Assembly (NCBI RefSeq): GCF_029227855.1
Contig: NZ_CP074356.1
Length of the DNA stretch: 64,000 bases
DNA from: Escherichia coli
Lineage (GTDB): Bacteria > Pseudomonadota > Gammaproteobacteria > Enterobacterales > Enterobacteriaceae
Strand: one strand, 5' to 3'
The notes under the pieces were generated by a model that saw nothing but the letters and a program-made list of their open reading frames with translations, made no database searches and had not been told where the DNA came from. The translations under genes and the position numbers were made by a program. This document shows positions 20,931-33,303 of the stretch, in pieces (position 1 is the first letter of the stretch; each line of letters opens with the position of its first letter).

Positions 20931-22877
20931 TTACTTTTTGATTTCATACAGCGGTGTTTGACCCGCCATGACATGGCCCTGAGCTTTAATGATCAAGCCG
21001 CTGAAATCGTCGATATTGCTGCAAACCACCGGGCTAATCATCGAACGGGCGTTAGCGTTCAGGTAATCCAGATCCATTTCCAGAATCGGTTGCCCTGCGC
21101 TTACTTGCGCGCCCTCTTCCACCAGACGTTTAAAACCTTTACCTTCCAGCGCTACGGTGTCGATACCCATATGGACGACGATCTCCGCGCCTTTTTCGGT
21201 TTCCAGGCAGAACGCGTGGTTGGTATTGAAGATTTTCACGATTGTCCCTGCGGCTGGTGATACGACGATTTTATCTGTCGGTTTCACCGCCACACCGTCA
21301 CCCACCGCTTTGCTGGCGAATGCTTCGTCAGGAACCTGATCCAGTGCCACAACATCACCGGTAATCGGCGATACCAGCTCCGCGATAGACACCGCGTTTG
21401 GTACAGCCTGCGGTTTTGCTACAGGAGCGGCAGTTGCCGGAGTTGCTTCAGCTGACGCAGCTGCTACCGGACCTCGGGCAACAACTTTCTTCATTGCATC
21501 GCCGATGGATTCTGCTTTCGCGCCAACAATTACCTGGATAGTCTGTTTGTTCAGTTTCACAACCCCAGAAGCACCCAGACGTTTACACATCGTATCGTTT
21601 ACGCGTGCAGAGTCAGCCACTGTAAGGCGCAGACGGGTGATACAGGCGTCAATTGCTTTCAGGTTGTCAGTGCCACCAACCGCAGCAATATAGTTGGTCG
21701 CCAGTTGATTGAGGCCTTCTTCAGTGTTGCTGTTGGCTTCTTCAGTAACGATCTCATCTTCTTTATCTTCACGACCCGGCGTTTTCAGGTTGAACATGCG
21801 GATAACCAAACTGAACACCACGAAGTAGATAGCGAAGAAGACAACACCCATCACCAGCAGCATCCAGACGTTCTGGCTGGCGGCCGGCAGGTTATACATC
21901 AACGCGTAGTCGATAGCCCCCGCAGAGAAGGAGAAGCCCGCGTGGATACCCAGCAGCGTTGCCACAAACAGGCTGATACCGGTCAGCAGTGCGTGCAGGA
22001 GGTACAGCAGCGGCGCAAGGAACATGAACAGGAATTCCAGCGGCTCAGTCACACCGGTCAGGAACGCAGTAACAGCAACAGAAAGCAGCATCCCGCCAAC
22101 CATCGGACGACGCTCTTTCGGTGCTGCGAAGTACATCGCCAGCGCCGCACCTGGCAGACCGAACATCATAATCGGGAAGAAGCCGGACATGAACATCCCC
22201 GCGGTGCCGTCACCGGCATAGAAGCGGTTGATATCACCGTGGAAAACCGTTCCCGCCGCGTTGGTGAATTCACCAATCTGGAACCAGGCGATGGTGTTCA
22301 GCACCTGATGCAGACCGGTTGGGATCAGCAGACGGTTGATGAAACCAAAGATACCGGAACCCAGCGCGCCCGCAGAAACGATCCACTCGCCGCCTGCATG
22401 GATAGCGTGCTGTACCGGCGGCCAGACGTAACCAAAAATGGCCGCCAGCACCAGACAGAAGAAGCCGGTGGCGATCGGCACAAAGCGTTTGCCGCCGAAG
22501 AAGCTCAGGAAGTCCGGCAGTTTAATATCGGACCAACGGTTATAGGCTGCGCCACCAACCAGACCGGTAATGATACCCGCCAGTACACCCATGTTAATTT
22601 CTGGGTTGATGGTCACCATCGCTTTGGTTAACACAAAGTAACCTACCGCACCCGCCAGTGCCGCCGCACCTGCGCTGTCTTTCGACCAGCTGGATGCCAC
22701 GCCGATGGCGAAGATTAATGCGAGGTTATCAAAAATCGCACCGCCCGCCTGGGCAATAAACGCAACGTTAAGTAAATCTGGCTGACCGAATCGCAGCAAC
22801 AGCGCCGCCACCGGCAGCACCGCGATAGGGAGCTGTAACGCCCTACCGAGTCGCTGGAAAAAACCTAAAATATTCAT
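20931..22877 (-). CDS. nagE: PTS N-acetylglucosamine-specific EIICBA component (648 aa)
   Basis: ORF track 648 aa MNILGFFQRLGRALQLPIAVLP...; length matches E. coli NagE. Confidence 0.95.
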   Translation of the reverse strand: MNILGFFQRLGRALQLPIAVLPVAALLLRFGQPDLLNVAFIAQAGGAIFDNLALIFAIGVASSWSKDSAGAAALAGAVGYFVLTKAMVTINPEINMGVLAGIITGLVGGAAYNRWSDIKLPDFLSFFGGKRFVPIATGFFCLVLAAIFGYVWPPVQHAIHAGGEWIVSAGALGSGIFGFINRLLIPTGLHQVLNTIAWFQIGEFTNAAGTVFHGDINRFYAGDGTAGMFMSGFFPIMMFGLPGAALAMYFAAPKERRPMVGGMLLSVAVTAFLTGVTEPLEFLFMFLAPLLYLLHALLTGISLFVATLLGIHAGFSFSAGAIDYALMYNLPAASQNVWMLLVMGVVFFAIYFVVFSLVIRMFNLKTPGREDKEDEIVTEEANSNTEEGLNQLATNYIAAVGGTDNLKAIDACITRLRLTVADSARVNDTMCKRLGASGVVKLNKQTIQVIVGAKAESIGDAMKKVVARGPVAAASAEATPATAAPVAKPQAVPNAVSIAELVSPITGDVVALDQVPDEAFASKAVGDGVAVKPTDKIVVSPAAGTIVKIFNTNHAFCLETEKGAEIVVHMGIDTVALEGKGFKRLVEEGAQVSAGQPILEMDLDYLNANARSMISPVVCSNIDDFSGLIIKAQGHVMAGQTPLYEIKK

Positions 22878-22989
22878 CTTATTCCCCCTACGAGAACCCT
22901 AATTGGCTCGTTTAAAGCCGTATTTTTATTTTGCTGCAAATTGTACTGCCGATGTTCTGTAATCAGATTGTTAGATCATCTGCTACAGA

Positions 22990-23120
22990 GTGTGTGAAAA
23001 TTTAATTCGTATCGCAAATTAAACGCGTGTCTTTTGTGAGTTTTGTCACCAAATATCGTTATCATCACTCCCTTTTACTGGCTAAACCAGAAAACTTATT
23101 TTATCATTCAAAAAATCAGG
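22990..23120. promoter_or_regulatory. Divergent nagE / nagBACD control region with a CAP site (23034-23049) and NagC operator-like palindromes
   Basis: tgtgagttttgtcacc matches CAP consensus TGTGA-N6-TCACA; flanking palindrome tttaattcgtatcgcaaattaaa resembles a NagC operator. Confidence 0.6.
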
Positions 23121-23209
23121 TCGGATTGACGCCTGTCTGCGCAAATCCAGGTTACGCTTAAAGATGCCTAATCCGCCAACGGCTTACATTTTACTTATTG
23201 AGGTGAATA

Positions 23210-25218
<2,009 letters not shown>

Positions 25219-25226
25219 GAGAAAGT

Positions 25227-26447
25227 ATGACACCAGGCGGACAAGCTCAGATAGGTAATGTTGATCTCGTAAAACAGCTTAACAGCGCGGCGGTTTATCG
25301 CCTGATTGACCAGTATGGGCCAATCTCGCGGATTCAGATTGCCGAGCAAAGCCAGCTTGCCCCCGCCAGCGTAACCAAAATTACGCGTCAGCTTATCGAA
25401 CGCGGGCTGATCAAAGAAGTTGATCAGCAGGCCTCCACCGGGGGCCGCCGCGCTATCTCTATCGTCACCGAAACCCGCAATTTCCACGCAATCGGTGTAC
25501 GGCTTGGTCGTCACGACGCCACCATTACTCTGTTCGATCTCAGTAGCAAAGTGCTGGCAGAAGAACATTACCCGCTACCGGAACGTACCCAGCAGACGCT
25601 GGAACATGCCCTGCTGAATGCCATTGCTCAGTTTATTGATAGCTACCAGCGCAAGCTGCGCGAGCTGATTGCTATTTCCGTGATCCTGCCAGGGCTTGTT
25701 GACCCGGACAGCGGCAAAATTCATTACATGCCGCATATTCAGGTAGAAAACTGGGGGCTGGTAGAAGCACTGGAAGAGCGTTTTAAAGTGACCTGTTTTG
25801 TCGGCCACGATATCCGTAGTCTGGCGCTGGCAGAGCACTACTTCGGTGCAAGTCAGGATTGCGAAGACTCCATTTTAGTGCGTGTCCATCGCGGGACCGG
25901 GGCAGGGATTATCTCTAACGGGCGCATTTTTATTGGCCGCAACGGTAACGTCGGTGAAATTGGCCATATTCAGGTCGAACCGCTGGGTGAACGCTGCCAC
26001 TGCGGCAACTTTGGCTGCCTGGAAACTATTGCTGCCAACGCTGCTATTGAACAACGGGTGTTGAATCTGTTAAAGCAGGGCTACCAGAGCCGCGTGCCGC
26101 TGGACGACTGCACCATAAAAACTATCTGCAAAGCTGCGAACAAAGGCGATAGCCTGGCGTCGGAAGTGATTGAGTATGTGGGTCGTCATCTGGGCAAAAC
26201 CATCGCCATTGCGATCAACTTATTTAATCCGCAAAAAATTGTTATTGCCGGTGAAATCACCGAAGCCGATAAAGTGCTGCTCCCTGCTATTGAAAGCTGC
26301 ATTAATACCCAGGCGCTGAAGGCGTTTCGTACTAATCTGCCGGTGGTACGTTCTGAGCTGGATCACCGCTCGGCAATCGGCGCTTTTGCGCTGGTAAAAC
26401 GCGCCATGCTCAACGGTATTTTGCTCCAGCATTTGCTGGAAAATTAA
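25227..26447 (+). CDS. nagC: ROK-family transcriptional regulator NagC (406 aa)
   Basis: ORF track 406 aa MTPGGQAQIGNVDLVKQLNSAAVYRLIDQYGPISRIQIAEQSQLAPASVTKITRQL... Confidence 0.97.
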   Translation: MTPGGQAQIGNVDLVKQLNSAAVYRLIDQYGPISRIQIAEQSQLAPASVTKITRQLIERGLIKEVDQQASTGGRRAISIVTETRNFHAIGVRLGRHDATITLFDLSSKVLAEEHYPLPERTQQTLEHALLNAIAQFIDSYQRKLRELIAISVILPGLVDPDSGKIHYMPHIQVENWGLVEALEERFKVTCFVGHDIRSLALAEHYFGASQDCEDSILVRVHRGTGAGIISNGRIFIGRNGNVGEIGHIQVEPLGERCHCGNFGCLETIAANAAIEQRVLNLLKQGYQSRVPLDDCTIKTICKAANKGDSLASEVIEYVGRHLGKTIAIAINLFNPQKIVIAGEITEADKVLLPAIESCINTQALKAFRTNLPVVRSELDHRSAIGAFALVKRAMLNGILLQHLLEN

Positions 26448-26494
26448 TGTGCTTTTATAGTGGCGCTTATTGTTGTCAATATTCTGGGTAGTCC

Positions 26495-27247
26495 ATGACC
26501 ATTAAAAATGTAATTTGCGATATCGACGGCGTGCTGATGCACGATAACGTCGCCGTACCGGGTGCAGCGGAATTTTTGCACGGGATTATGGATAAAGGCC
26601 TGCCGCTGGTGTTGCTGACCAACTATCCTTCACAGACCGGGCAAGATCTGGCGAATCGCTTTGCCACTGCGGGTGTCGATGTGCCGGACAGCGTGTTTTA
26701 TACCTCCGCGATGGCAACCGCCGATTTCCTGCGTCGCCAGGAAGGCAAGAAAGCATATGTGGTGGGCGAAGGCGCACTGATTCATGAACTGTACAAAGCC
26801 GGTTTCACTATTACCGATGTGAACCCTGATTTTGTGATTGTTGGCGAAACGCGTTCCTACAACTGGGACATGATGCATAAAGCAGCCTATTTCGTCGCTA
26901 ACGGTGCACGCTTTATCGCCACCAACCCGGACACCCACGGGCGCGGTTTTTATCCGGCCTGTGGCGCGCTATGCGCGGGGATCGAAAAAATCTCCGGACG
27001 TAAACCGTTCTATGTTGGTAAGCCGAGTCCGTGGATCATCCGCGCAGCATTAAACAAAATGCAGGCGCATTCGGAAGAAACGGTGATTGTTGGCGATAAC
27101 CTGCGTACCGATATTCTGGCGGGCTTCCAGGCCGGTCTGGAGACGATTCTGGTACTCTCCGGTGTTTCGTCGCTCGACGATATCGACAGTATGCCATTCC
27201 GCCCCAGCTGGATTTACCCATCGGTCGCCGAAATCGACGTTATCTGA
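26495..27247 (+). CDS. nagD: UMP phosphatase NagD/UmpH, HAD superfamily (250 aa)
   Basis: ORF track 250 aa MTIKNVICDIDGVLMHDN... with HAD motif DxDGV. Confidence 0.95.
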   Translation: MTIKNVICDIDGVLMHDNVAVPGAAEFLHGIMDKGLPLVLLTNYPSQTGQDLANRFATAGVDVPDSVFYTSAMATADFLRRQEGKKAYVVGEGALIHELYKAGFTITDVNPDFVIVGETRSYNWDMMHKAAYFVANGARFIATNPDTHGRGFYPACGALCAGIEKISGRKPFYVGKPSPWIIRAALNKMQAHSEETVIVGDNLRTDILAGFQAGLETILVLSGVSSLDDIDSMPFRPSWIYPSVAEIDVI

Positions 27248-27253
27248 ATAGCA

Positions 27254-27285
27254 ACCACGCCTCAGGGCGTGGTTTCTTATTTTTA
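27254..27285 (+). terminator. nagD intrinsic terminator
   Basis: accacgcc-tcag-ggcgtggt followed by ttcttattttt. Confidence 0.65.
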
Positions 27286-27503
27286 CCCATCACTAAAATT
27301 CGCCCATTCAATAAAACCCGCCAAAAATTATCGATTCATCAATAAATACACCTCCACACCCTACCCTTTTTCATTAATCAGCAATCACCATTACGTTTTT
27401 TATTTACCCCCTGCCAAATCGCTTGCGCACAGTGCTGCTTTGCGGCATTTTTTTAAACAAGCAAACACAACAAGCAACAAATACCAGGTTAACGGAGAAG
27501 GTT

Positions 27504-29168
27504 ATGTGTTCAATTTTTGGCGTATTCGATATCAAAACAGACGCAGTTGAGCTGCGCAAGAAAGCACTCGAGCTGTCACGCCTGATGCGTCATCGTGGCC
27601 CGGACTGGTCCGGTATTTATGCCAGCGATAACGCCATTCTCGCCCACGAACGTCTGTCCATTGTTGACGTTAACGCGGGGGCGCAACCTCTCTACAACCA
27701 ACAAAAAACCCACGTGCTGGCAGTAAACGGTGAAATCTACAACCACCAGGCATTGCGCGCTGAATATGGCGATCGTTACCAGTTCCAGACCGGGTCTGAC
27801 TGTGAAGTTATCCTCGCGCTGTATCAGGAAAAAGGGCCGGAATTTCTTGACGACTTGCAGGGCATGTTTGCCTTTGCCCTGTACGACAGCGAAAAAGATG
27901 CCTACCTGATTGGTCGCGACCATCTGGGGATCATCCCACTGTATATGGGCTATGACGAACATGGTCAGCTGTATGTGGCCTCAGAAATGAAAGCCCTGGT
28001 GCCGGTATGCCGCACGATTAAAGAGTTCCCGGCGGGGAGCTATTTGTGGAGTCAGGACGGCGAAATCCGTTCTTATTATCACCGCGACTGGTTCGACTTT
28101 GATGCAGTGAAAGATAACGTGACCGACAAAAACGAGCTGCGTCAGGCACTGGAAGATTCCGTTAAAAGCCATCTGATGTCTGATGTGCCTTACGGTGTGC
28201 TGCTTTCTGGTGGTCTGGATTCCTCAATTATTTCCGCGATCACCAAGAAATACGCCGCCCGTCGCGTGGAAGATCAGGAACGTTCTGAAGCCTGGTGGCC
28301 GCAGTTACACTCCTTTGCTGTAGGTCTGCCGGGTTCACCAGATCTGAAAGCAGCCCAGGAAGTGGCAAACCATCTGGGTACGGTGCATCACGAAATTCAC
28401 TTCACTGTACAGGAAGGTCTGGACGCCATCCGCGACGTGATTTACCACATCGAAACCTATGATGTGACCACTATTCGCGCTTCAACACCGATGTATTTAA
28501 TGTCGCGTAAGATCAAAGCGATGGGCATTAAAATGGTGCTGTCCGGTGAAGGTTCTGATGAAGTGTTTGGCGGTTATCTTTACTTCCACAAAGCACCGAA
28601 TGCCAAAGAACTGCATGAAGAGACGGTGCGTAAACTGCTGGCCCTGCATATGTATGACTGCGCGCGTGCCAACAAAGCGATGTCAGCCTGGGGCGTGGAA
28701 GCACGCGTTCCGTTCCTCGACAAAAAATTCCTTGATGTGGCGATGCGTATTAACCCACAGGATAAAATGTGCGGTAACGGCAAGATGGAAAAACACATCC
28801 TGCGTGAATGTTTTGAGTCATACCTGCCTGCAAGTGTTGCCTGGCGGCAGAAAGAGCAGTTCTCCGATGGCGTCGGTTACAGTTGGATCGACACCCTGAA
28901 AGAAGTGGCGGCGCAGCAGGTTTCTGATCAACAGCTGGAAACTGCCCGCTTCCGCTTCCCGTACAACACGCCGACGTCCAAAGAAGCGTATCTGTACCGG
29001 GAGATCTTTGAAGAACTGTTCCCGCTTCCGAGCGCCGCTGAGTGCGTGCCGGGCGGCCCTTCCGTCGCGTGTTCTTCCGCTAAAGCGATCGAATGGGATG
29101 AAGCGTTCAAAAAAATGGACGATCCATCTGGTCGTGCGGTTGGTGTTCACCAGTCGGCATATAAATAA
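27504..29168 (+). CDS. asnB: Asparagine synthetase B, glutamine-hydrolysing (554 aa)
   Basis: ORF 27423..29168; start at MCSIFGVFDIKTDAVELRKKALELSRLMRHRGPDWSGIY... (N-terminal Cys nucleophile after Met) gives 554 aa. Confidence 0.96.
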   Translation: MCSIFGVFDIKTDAVELRKKALELSRLMRHRGPDWSGIYASDNAILAHERLSIVDVNAGAQPLYNQQKTHVLAVNGEIYNHQALRAEYGDRYQFQTGSDCEVILALYQEKGPEFLDDLQGMFAFALYDSEKDAYLIGRDHLGIIPLYMGYDEHGQLYVASEMKALVPVCRTIKEFPAGSYLWSQDGEIRSYYHRDWFDFDAVKDNVTDKNELRQALEDSVKSHLMSDVPYGVLLSGGLDSSIISAITKKYAARRVEDQERSEAWWPQLHSFAVGLPGSPDLKAAQEVANHLGTVHHEIHFTVQEGLDAIRDVIYHIETYDVTTIRASTPMYLMSRKIKAMGIKMVLSGEGSDEVFGGYLYFHKAPNAKELHEETVRKLLALHMYDCARANKAMSAWGVEARVPFLDKKFLDVAMRINPQDKMCGNGKMEKHILRECFESYLPASVAWRQKEQFSDGVGYSWIDTLKEVAAQQVSDQQLETARFRFPYNTPTSKEAYLYREIFEELFPLPSAAECVPGGPSVACSSAKAIEWDEAFKKMDDPSGRAVGVHQSAYK

Positions 29169-29179
29169 GACGTATAATA

Positions 29180-29207
29180 TTGCCCCGGAGAAATCCGGGG
29201 CAATTTC
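29180..29207 (+). terminator. asnB intrinsic terminator
   Basis: ttgccccgga-gaaa-tccggggcaa followed by tttc. Confidence 0.65.
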
Positions 29208-29479
29208 AGTTACTGGGGCGCTTGTTGATTCTGATATGCAGTAAGGAAATGTTCCGGGTTTGCCACATCGCTGTTTGACAATTCATCACTGTAGGCCAGT
29301 ACTTCATAGATTAATTTCCCACCACTATTGTTGAATTCCGAATTTCATCCTGTATGACAAAAGAATGGCTGTAGGGTGGGGAAAAAACACAAAGTAAACA
29401 ATAATTGACGAATATAGCGCCATGCTGTTCGCAACCTAACCAAACAGTCACTTTCGAGCAATTTTCCTTGAAAAAGAGG

Positions 29480-29515
29480 TTGACGCTGCAAGGCTCTATA
29501 CGCATAATGCGCCCC
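29480..29515 (+). promoter_or_regulatory. Promoter of the metT tRNA operon (-35 TTGACG, 17-bp spacer, -10 CATAAT, GC-rich discriminator)
   Basis: ttgacg at 29480-29485, cataat at 29503-29508, then gcgcccc; A-rich UP-like stretch upstream; 34 bp before the first tRNA. Confidence 0.6.
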
Positions 29516-29548
29516 GCAACGCCGATAAGGTATCGCGAAAAAAAAGAT

Positions 29549-29625
29549 GGCTACGTAGCTCAGTTGGTTAGAGCACATCACTCATAATGATGGGGTCACA
29601 GGTTCGAATCCCGTCGTAGCCACCA
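29549..29625 (+). tRNA. metT: tRNA-Met (CAU), elongator
   Basis: ggctacgtagctcagttggttagagcacatcactcataatgatggggtcacaggttcgaatcccgtcgtagccacca; cloverleaf with CAU anticodon and CCA end. Confidence 0.95.
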
Positions 29626-29633
29626 TCTTTTTT

Positions 29634-29718
29634 GCGGGAGTGGCGAAATTGGTAGACGCACCAGATTTAGGTTCTGGCGCCGCAAGGTGTGCGAGTTCAA
29701 GTCTCGCCTCCCGCACCA
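29634..29718 (+). tRNA. leuW: tRNA-Leu (UAG)
   Basis: gcgggagtggcgaaattggtagacgcaccagatttaggttctggcg...cccgcacca; long variable arm, anticodon UAG. Confidence 0.93.
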
Positions 29719-29741
29719 TTCACCAGAAAGCGTTGTACGGA

Positions 29742-29816
29742 TGGGGTATCGCCAAGCGGTAAGGCACCGGTTTTTGATACCGGCATTCCCTGGTTCGAAT
29801 CCAGGTACCCCAGCCA
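29742..29816 (+). tRNA. glnU: tRNA-Gln (UUG)
   Basis: tggggtatcgccaagcggtaaggcaccggtttttgataccggcattccctggttcgaatccaggtaccccagcca. Confidence 0.93.
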
Positions 29817-29850
29817 TCTTCTTCGAGTAAGCGGTTCACCGCCCGGTTAT

Positions 29851-29925
29851 TGGGGTATCGCCAAGCGGTAAGGCACCGGTTTTTGATACCGGCATTCCCT
29901 GGTTCGAATCCAGGTACCCCAGCCA
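29851..29925 (+). tRNA. glnW: tRNA-Gln (UUG), second copy
   Basis: Identical 75-nt sequence to glnU. Confidence 0.93.
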
Positions 29926-29940
29926 TCGAAGAAACAATCT

Positions 29941-30017
29941 GGCTACGTAGCTCAGTTGGTTAGAGCACATCACTCATAATGATGGGGTCACAGGTTCGAA
30001 TCCCGTCGTAGCCACCA
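29941..30017 (+). tRNA. metU: tRNA-Met (CAU), elongator, second copy
   Basis: Identical 77-nt sequence to metT. Confidence 0.95.
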
Positions 30018-30064
30018 AATTCTGAATGTGTCGAATATGTTCGGCAAATTCAAAAACCAATTTG

Positions 30065-30139
30065 TTGGGGTATCGCCAAGCGGTAAGGCACCGGATTCTG
30101 ATTCCGGCATTCCGAGGTTCGAATCCTCGTACCCCAGCC
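30065..30139 (+). tRNA. glnV: tRNA-Gln (CUG)
   Basis: tggggtatcgccaagcggtaaggcaccggattctgattccggcattccgaggttcgaatcctcgtaccccagcca. Confidence 0.93.
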
Positions 30140-30176
30140 AATTTATTCAAGACGCTGACCTTGTAAGTGCACCCAG

Positions 30177-30251
30177 TTGGGGTATCGCCAAGCGGTAAGG
30201 CACCGGATTCTGATTCCGGCATTCCGAGGTTCGAATCCTCGTACCCCAGCC
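30177..30251 (+). tRNA. glnX: tRNA-Gln (CUG), second copy
   Basis: Identical 75-nt sequence to glnV. Confidence 0.93.
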
Positions 30252-30254
30252 ACA

Positions 30255-30285
30255 TTAAAAAAGCTCGCTTCGGCGAGCTTTTTGC
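30255..30285 (+). terminator. tRNA operon intrinsic terminator
   Basis: aaaaaagctcgc-ttcg-gcgagcttttt. Confidence 0.8.
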
Positions 30286-30304
30286 TTTTCTGCGTATATT
30301 CAAT

Positions 30305-30400
30305 GTCGAATGCGATGTTGACACGTCTTATCCTTCAAAGTCGGATGCGACGCTGACGCGTCTTATCCGACCTACGGTTGGCATGCATCCGGCAATGTTG
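30305..30400. repeat. REP/BIME repeats between the tRNA operon and ubiF
   Basis: gacacgtcttatccttcaaagtcggatgcgacgctgacgcgtcttatccgacctac... and gcatgcatccggca. Confidence 0.6.
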
Positions 30401-30405
30401 TAAGG

Positions 30406-31581
30406 CTACAACCCTAACGCATATTTCAGCGCCTGACGTTTCAACACGCCAGCACGCTCCGCCGCCATCAAACCAAGATTACGCACAAAACGCAGTGGCG
30501 GGAGATTATTGCTGAATCCGGCATAAAACAGATCCATACCGCTCTGCATAATGAAGTTATCCGCCATGCGCCGCATCTGGTAACGCTTGAGGATCGGATA
30601 ACTGGCCCACGCTTCGCCATAGCTGCGAGCGTTGACCAGAACGTCAATCAGGGCATCGACATCACGATAACCAAGATTCACTCCCTGCCCCGCCAGCGGA
30701 TGGATGGTATGCGCGGCATCGCCCACCAGAGCAAGCCCTGGTTGCACATACTGCAACGCATGGCGACGTATCAGCGGAAACGCACCAGCGGCAAGCGGTG
30801 TCACGTAACCCAGACGCGACGGGAAATGCTTCGCGATTTCCGCCTGTAACTGCGCCATATTCATATTCTGCAACTGGCGAATGCGTGCCGGAGAGTCATA
30901 CCACACCAGCGATGCCCAGTTATCAAACAACGGCAGAAACGCACGAGGTCCATCCGGGGTAAATTGCTGCCAGGTGCTGTCGCCGGGATCGTTCTCACAC
31001 TGTACGCTAATCAACATACACGACTGTGCATACTGCCAGGCATGAACGCCAATTCCCGCCATCTGCCGCACCTGCGAATTTGCGCCGTCGGCACCAATCA
31101 CCAGCTTCGCGAGGATCGTTTCACCGCCCTTCAGTTCCAGCTCCTGAAGATCATTATGGCGATGCAGTGCAATCAGCGAGGTTGGCACACGTAACGTTAC
31201 TTTCGGATGCGCTTCCAGCGCCTGCCACAACGCCTGTTGCAGGACAGTGTTTTCCACCATGTAGCCAAGCAACGGTAGCTTAAGTTCAGCGGCGTCAAAC
31301 ACGACATGCGCCGTTTCCCACTCCCACGTTTCTAGTCTGCGGTAAGGATGGCAACGCATAGCCTGTACTGCATCCCAGACCCCTAACCCTTTAAGCAATG
31401 ATACCGAAGCCGCGCTGATCGCCGAGATCCGCACGTCCGGTTGGCTGTCAGCGACAAACGGCGCAGGTTCTGCGTGCTCGATCACCGTTACCGCAAATCC
31501 GTGCTGTGCCAGCCCCAGCGCCAGTGCGCCGCCGACCATTCCTCCGCCGACAATGGCAATTTCCGTTGGTTGATTTGTCAT
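30406..31581 (-). CDS. ubiF: 2-octaprenyl-3-methyl-6-methoxy-1,4-benzoquinol hydroxylase (391 aa)
   Basis: ORF 30406..31587 (MTMTNQPTEIAIVGGGMVGGALALGLAQHGF...); FAD-binding GGGMVG motif; start placed at the third codon to match the 391-aa K-12 length (31587 is an alternative). Confidence 0.92.
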   Translation of the reverse strand: MTNQPTEIAIVGGGMVGGALALGLAQHGFAVTVIEHAEPAPFVADSQPDVRISAISAASVSLLKGLGVWDAVQAMRCHPYRRLETWEWETAHVVFDAAELKLPLLGYMVENTVLQQALWQALEAHPKVTLRVPTSLIALHRHNDLQELELKGGETILAKLVIGADGANSQVRQMAGIGVHAWQYAQSCMLISVQCENDPGDSTWQQFTPDGPRAFLPLFDNWASLVWYDSPARIRQLQNMNMAQLQAEIAKHFPSRLGYVTPLAAGAFPLIRRHALQYVQPGLALVGDAAHTIHPLAGQGVNLGYRDVDALIDVLVNARSYGEAWASYPILKRYQMRRMADNFIMQSGMDLFYAGFSNNLPPLRFVRNLGLMAAERAGVLKRQALKYALGL

Positions 31582-31726
31582 GGTCAATCATCCTGTTAGC
31601 AATGTGCTTTAAGTTTACAGGATTTTTACCCCCAAGGGCTGATAACGCTCATACTGGTCACAACGGCAGCAAAGCATTACACTATGCGCCCTGCATTCCT
31701 GGCTACTATTTCGCAAGAGCAAGTCG

Positions 31727-33151
31727 ATGACCAAAAAACTCCATATTAAAACCTGGGGCTGTCAGATGAACGAGTACGATTCATCGAAGATGGCCGATCT
31801 GCTGGATGCCACCCACGGCTATCAACTGACCGACGTGGCGGAAGAAGCGGATGTGCTGCTGCTGAACACCTGCTCAATCCGCGAGAAGGCTCAGGAAAAA
31901 GTCTTCCATCAGTTGGGTCGCTGGAAACTGTTAAAAGAGAAGAATCCAGACCTGATTATCGGCGTCGGCGGCTGCGTGGCATCGCAAGAAGGCGAGCACA
32001 TTCGCCAGCGCGCCCACTATGTCGATATTATTTTTGGGCCGCAAACGCTGCACCGTCTGCCGGAGATGATCAACTCCGTGCGCGGCGACCGCAGCCCGGT
32101 TGTAGATATCAGCTTCCCGGAAATCGAGAAGTTTGACCGTCTGCCGGAACCGCGTGCCGAAGGGCCGACCGCGTTTGTCTCCATCATGGAAGGCTGCAAT
32201 AAATATTGCACCTACTGCGTAGTGCCTTACACCCGTGGTGAAGAGGTAAGCCGTCCGTCCGACGATATTCTGTTTGAGATCGCCCAGCTTGCGGCTCAGG
32301 GCGTGCGTGAAGTCAACCTGCTCGGTCAGAACGTGAACGCCTGGCGTGGTGAAAACTACGACGGCACCACCGGATCGTTTGCCGATCTGCTGCGTCTGGT
32401 TGCTGCGATCGACGGGATCGATCGTATTCGCTTTACCACCAGCCATCCGATCGAATTCACCGACGATATCATCGAAGTGTACCGCGACACGCCGGAGCTG
32501 GTGAGCTTCCTGCATCTGCCGGTACAGAGCGGTTCCGATCGCATTCTGAACCTGATGGGACGTACCCATACAGCGCTGGAGTACAAAGCGATCATCCGTA
32601 AACTGCGTGCGGCGCGTCCGGATATTCAGATCAGTTCTGACTTCATCGTTGGCTTCCCTGGCGAAACCACCGAAGACTTCGAGAAAACGATGAAGCTGAT
32701 TGCCGACGTCAATTTCGACATGAGCTACAGCTTTATCTTCTCTGCACGTCCGGGTACGCCAGCCGCCGATATGGTTGATGATGTTCCGGAAGAAGAGAAG
32801 AAGCAGCGTCTGTATATTCTACAAGAACGTATTAATCAGCAAGCGATGGCATGGAGCCGCCGGATGCTCGGCACCACCCAGCGTATTCTGGTAGAAGGTA
32901 CATCGCGTAAGAGCATCATGGAGCTTTCCGGTCGCACTGAAAATAACCGCGTGGTCAACTTCGAGGGCACACCGGATATGATCGGTAAATTCGTCGATGT
33001 AGAAATTACCGACGTCTACCCGAACTCTCTGCGCGGTAAAGTGGTGCGAACTGAAGATGAAATGGGTCTGCGCGTGGCAGAAACACCGGAATCGGTCATT
33101 GCCCGTACCCGCAAAGAAAACGACCTTGGCGTGGGTTATTATCAGCCATAA
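31727..33151 (+). CDS. miaB: tRNA-i6A37 methylthiotransferase, radical SAM (474 aa)
   Basis: ORF track 474 aa [26 protein letters not shown]... with radical-SAM CxxxCxxC (CNKYCTYC). Confidence 0.96.
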
Positions 33152-33156
33152 TTCTC

Positions 33157-33187
33157 AGGCCCGCCGTTCCGGTGGGCCTTGTTTTTT
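33157..33187 (+). terminator. miaB intrinsic terminator
   Basis: aggcccgccg-ttc-cggtgggcct followed by tgttttttc. Confidence 0.65.
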
Positions 33188-33303
33188 CTCTCTTTATCCC
33201 CATCTTTATCGCAATGCTTGCGCCTTTTTCCTGTGGCGTGAATAATTTCCTTATAGGCCGGTGAATGTTCAGCTTCCGGCGGCATACAGATAAGAGGAAC
33301 GGT

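Noticed and set aside
29596-30324. Several 60-116 aa ORFs on both strands across the tRNA cluster.
   Set aside because: They overlap the tRNA genes, whose structured sequence is the better explanation.
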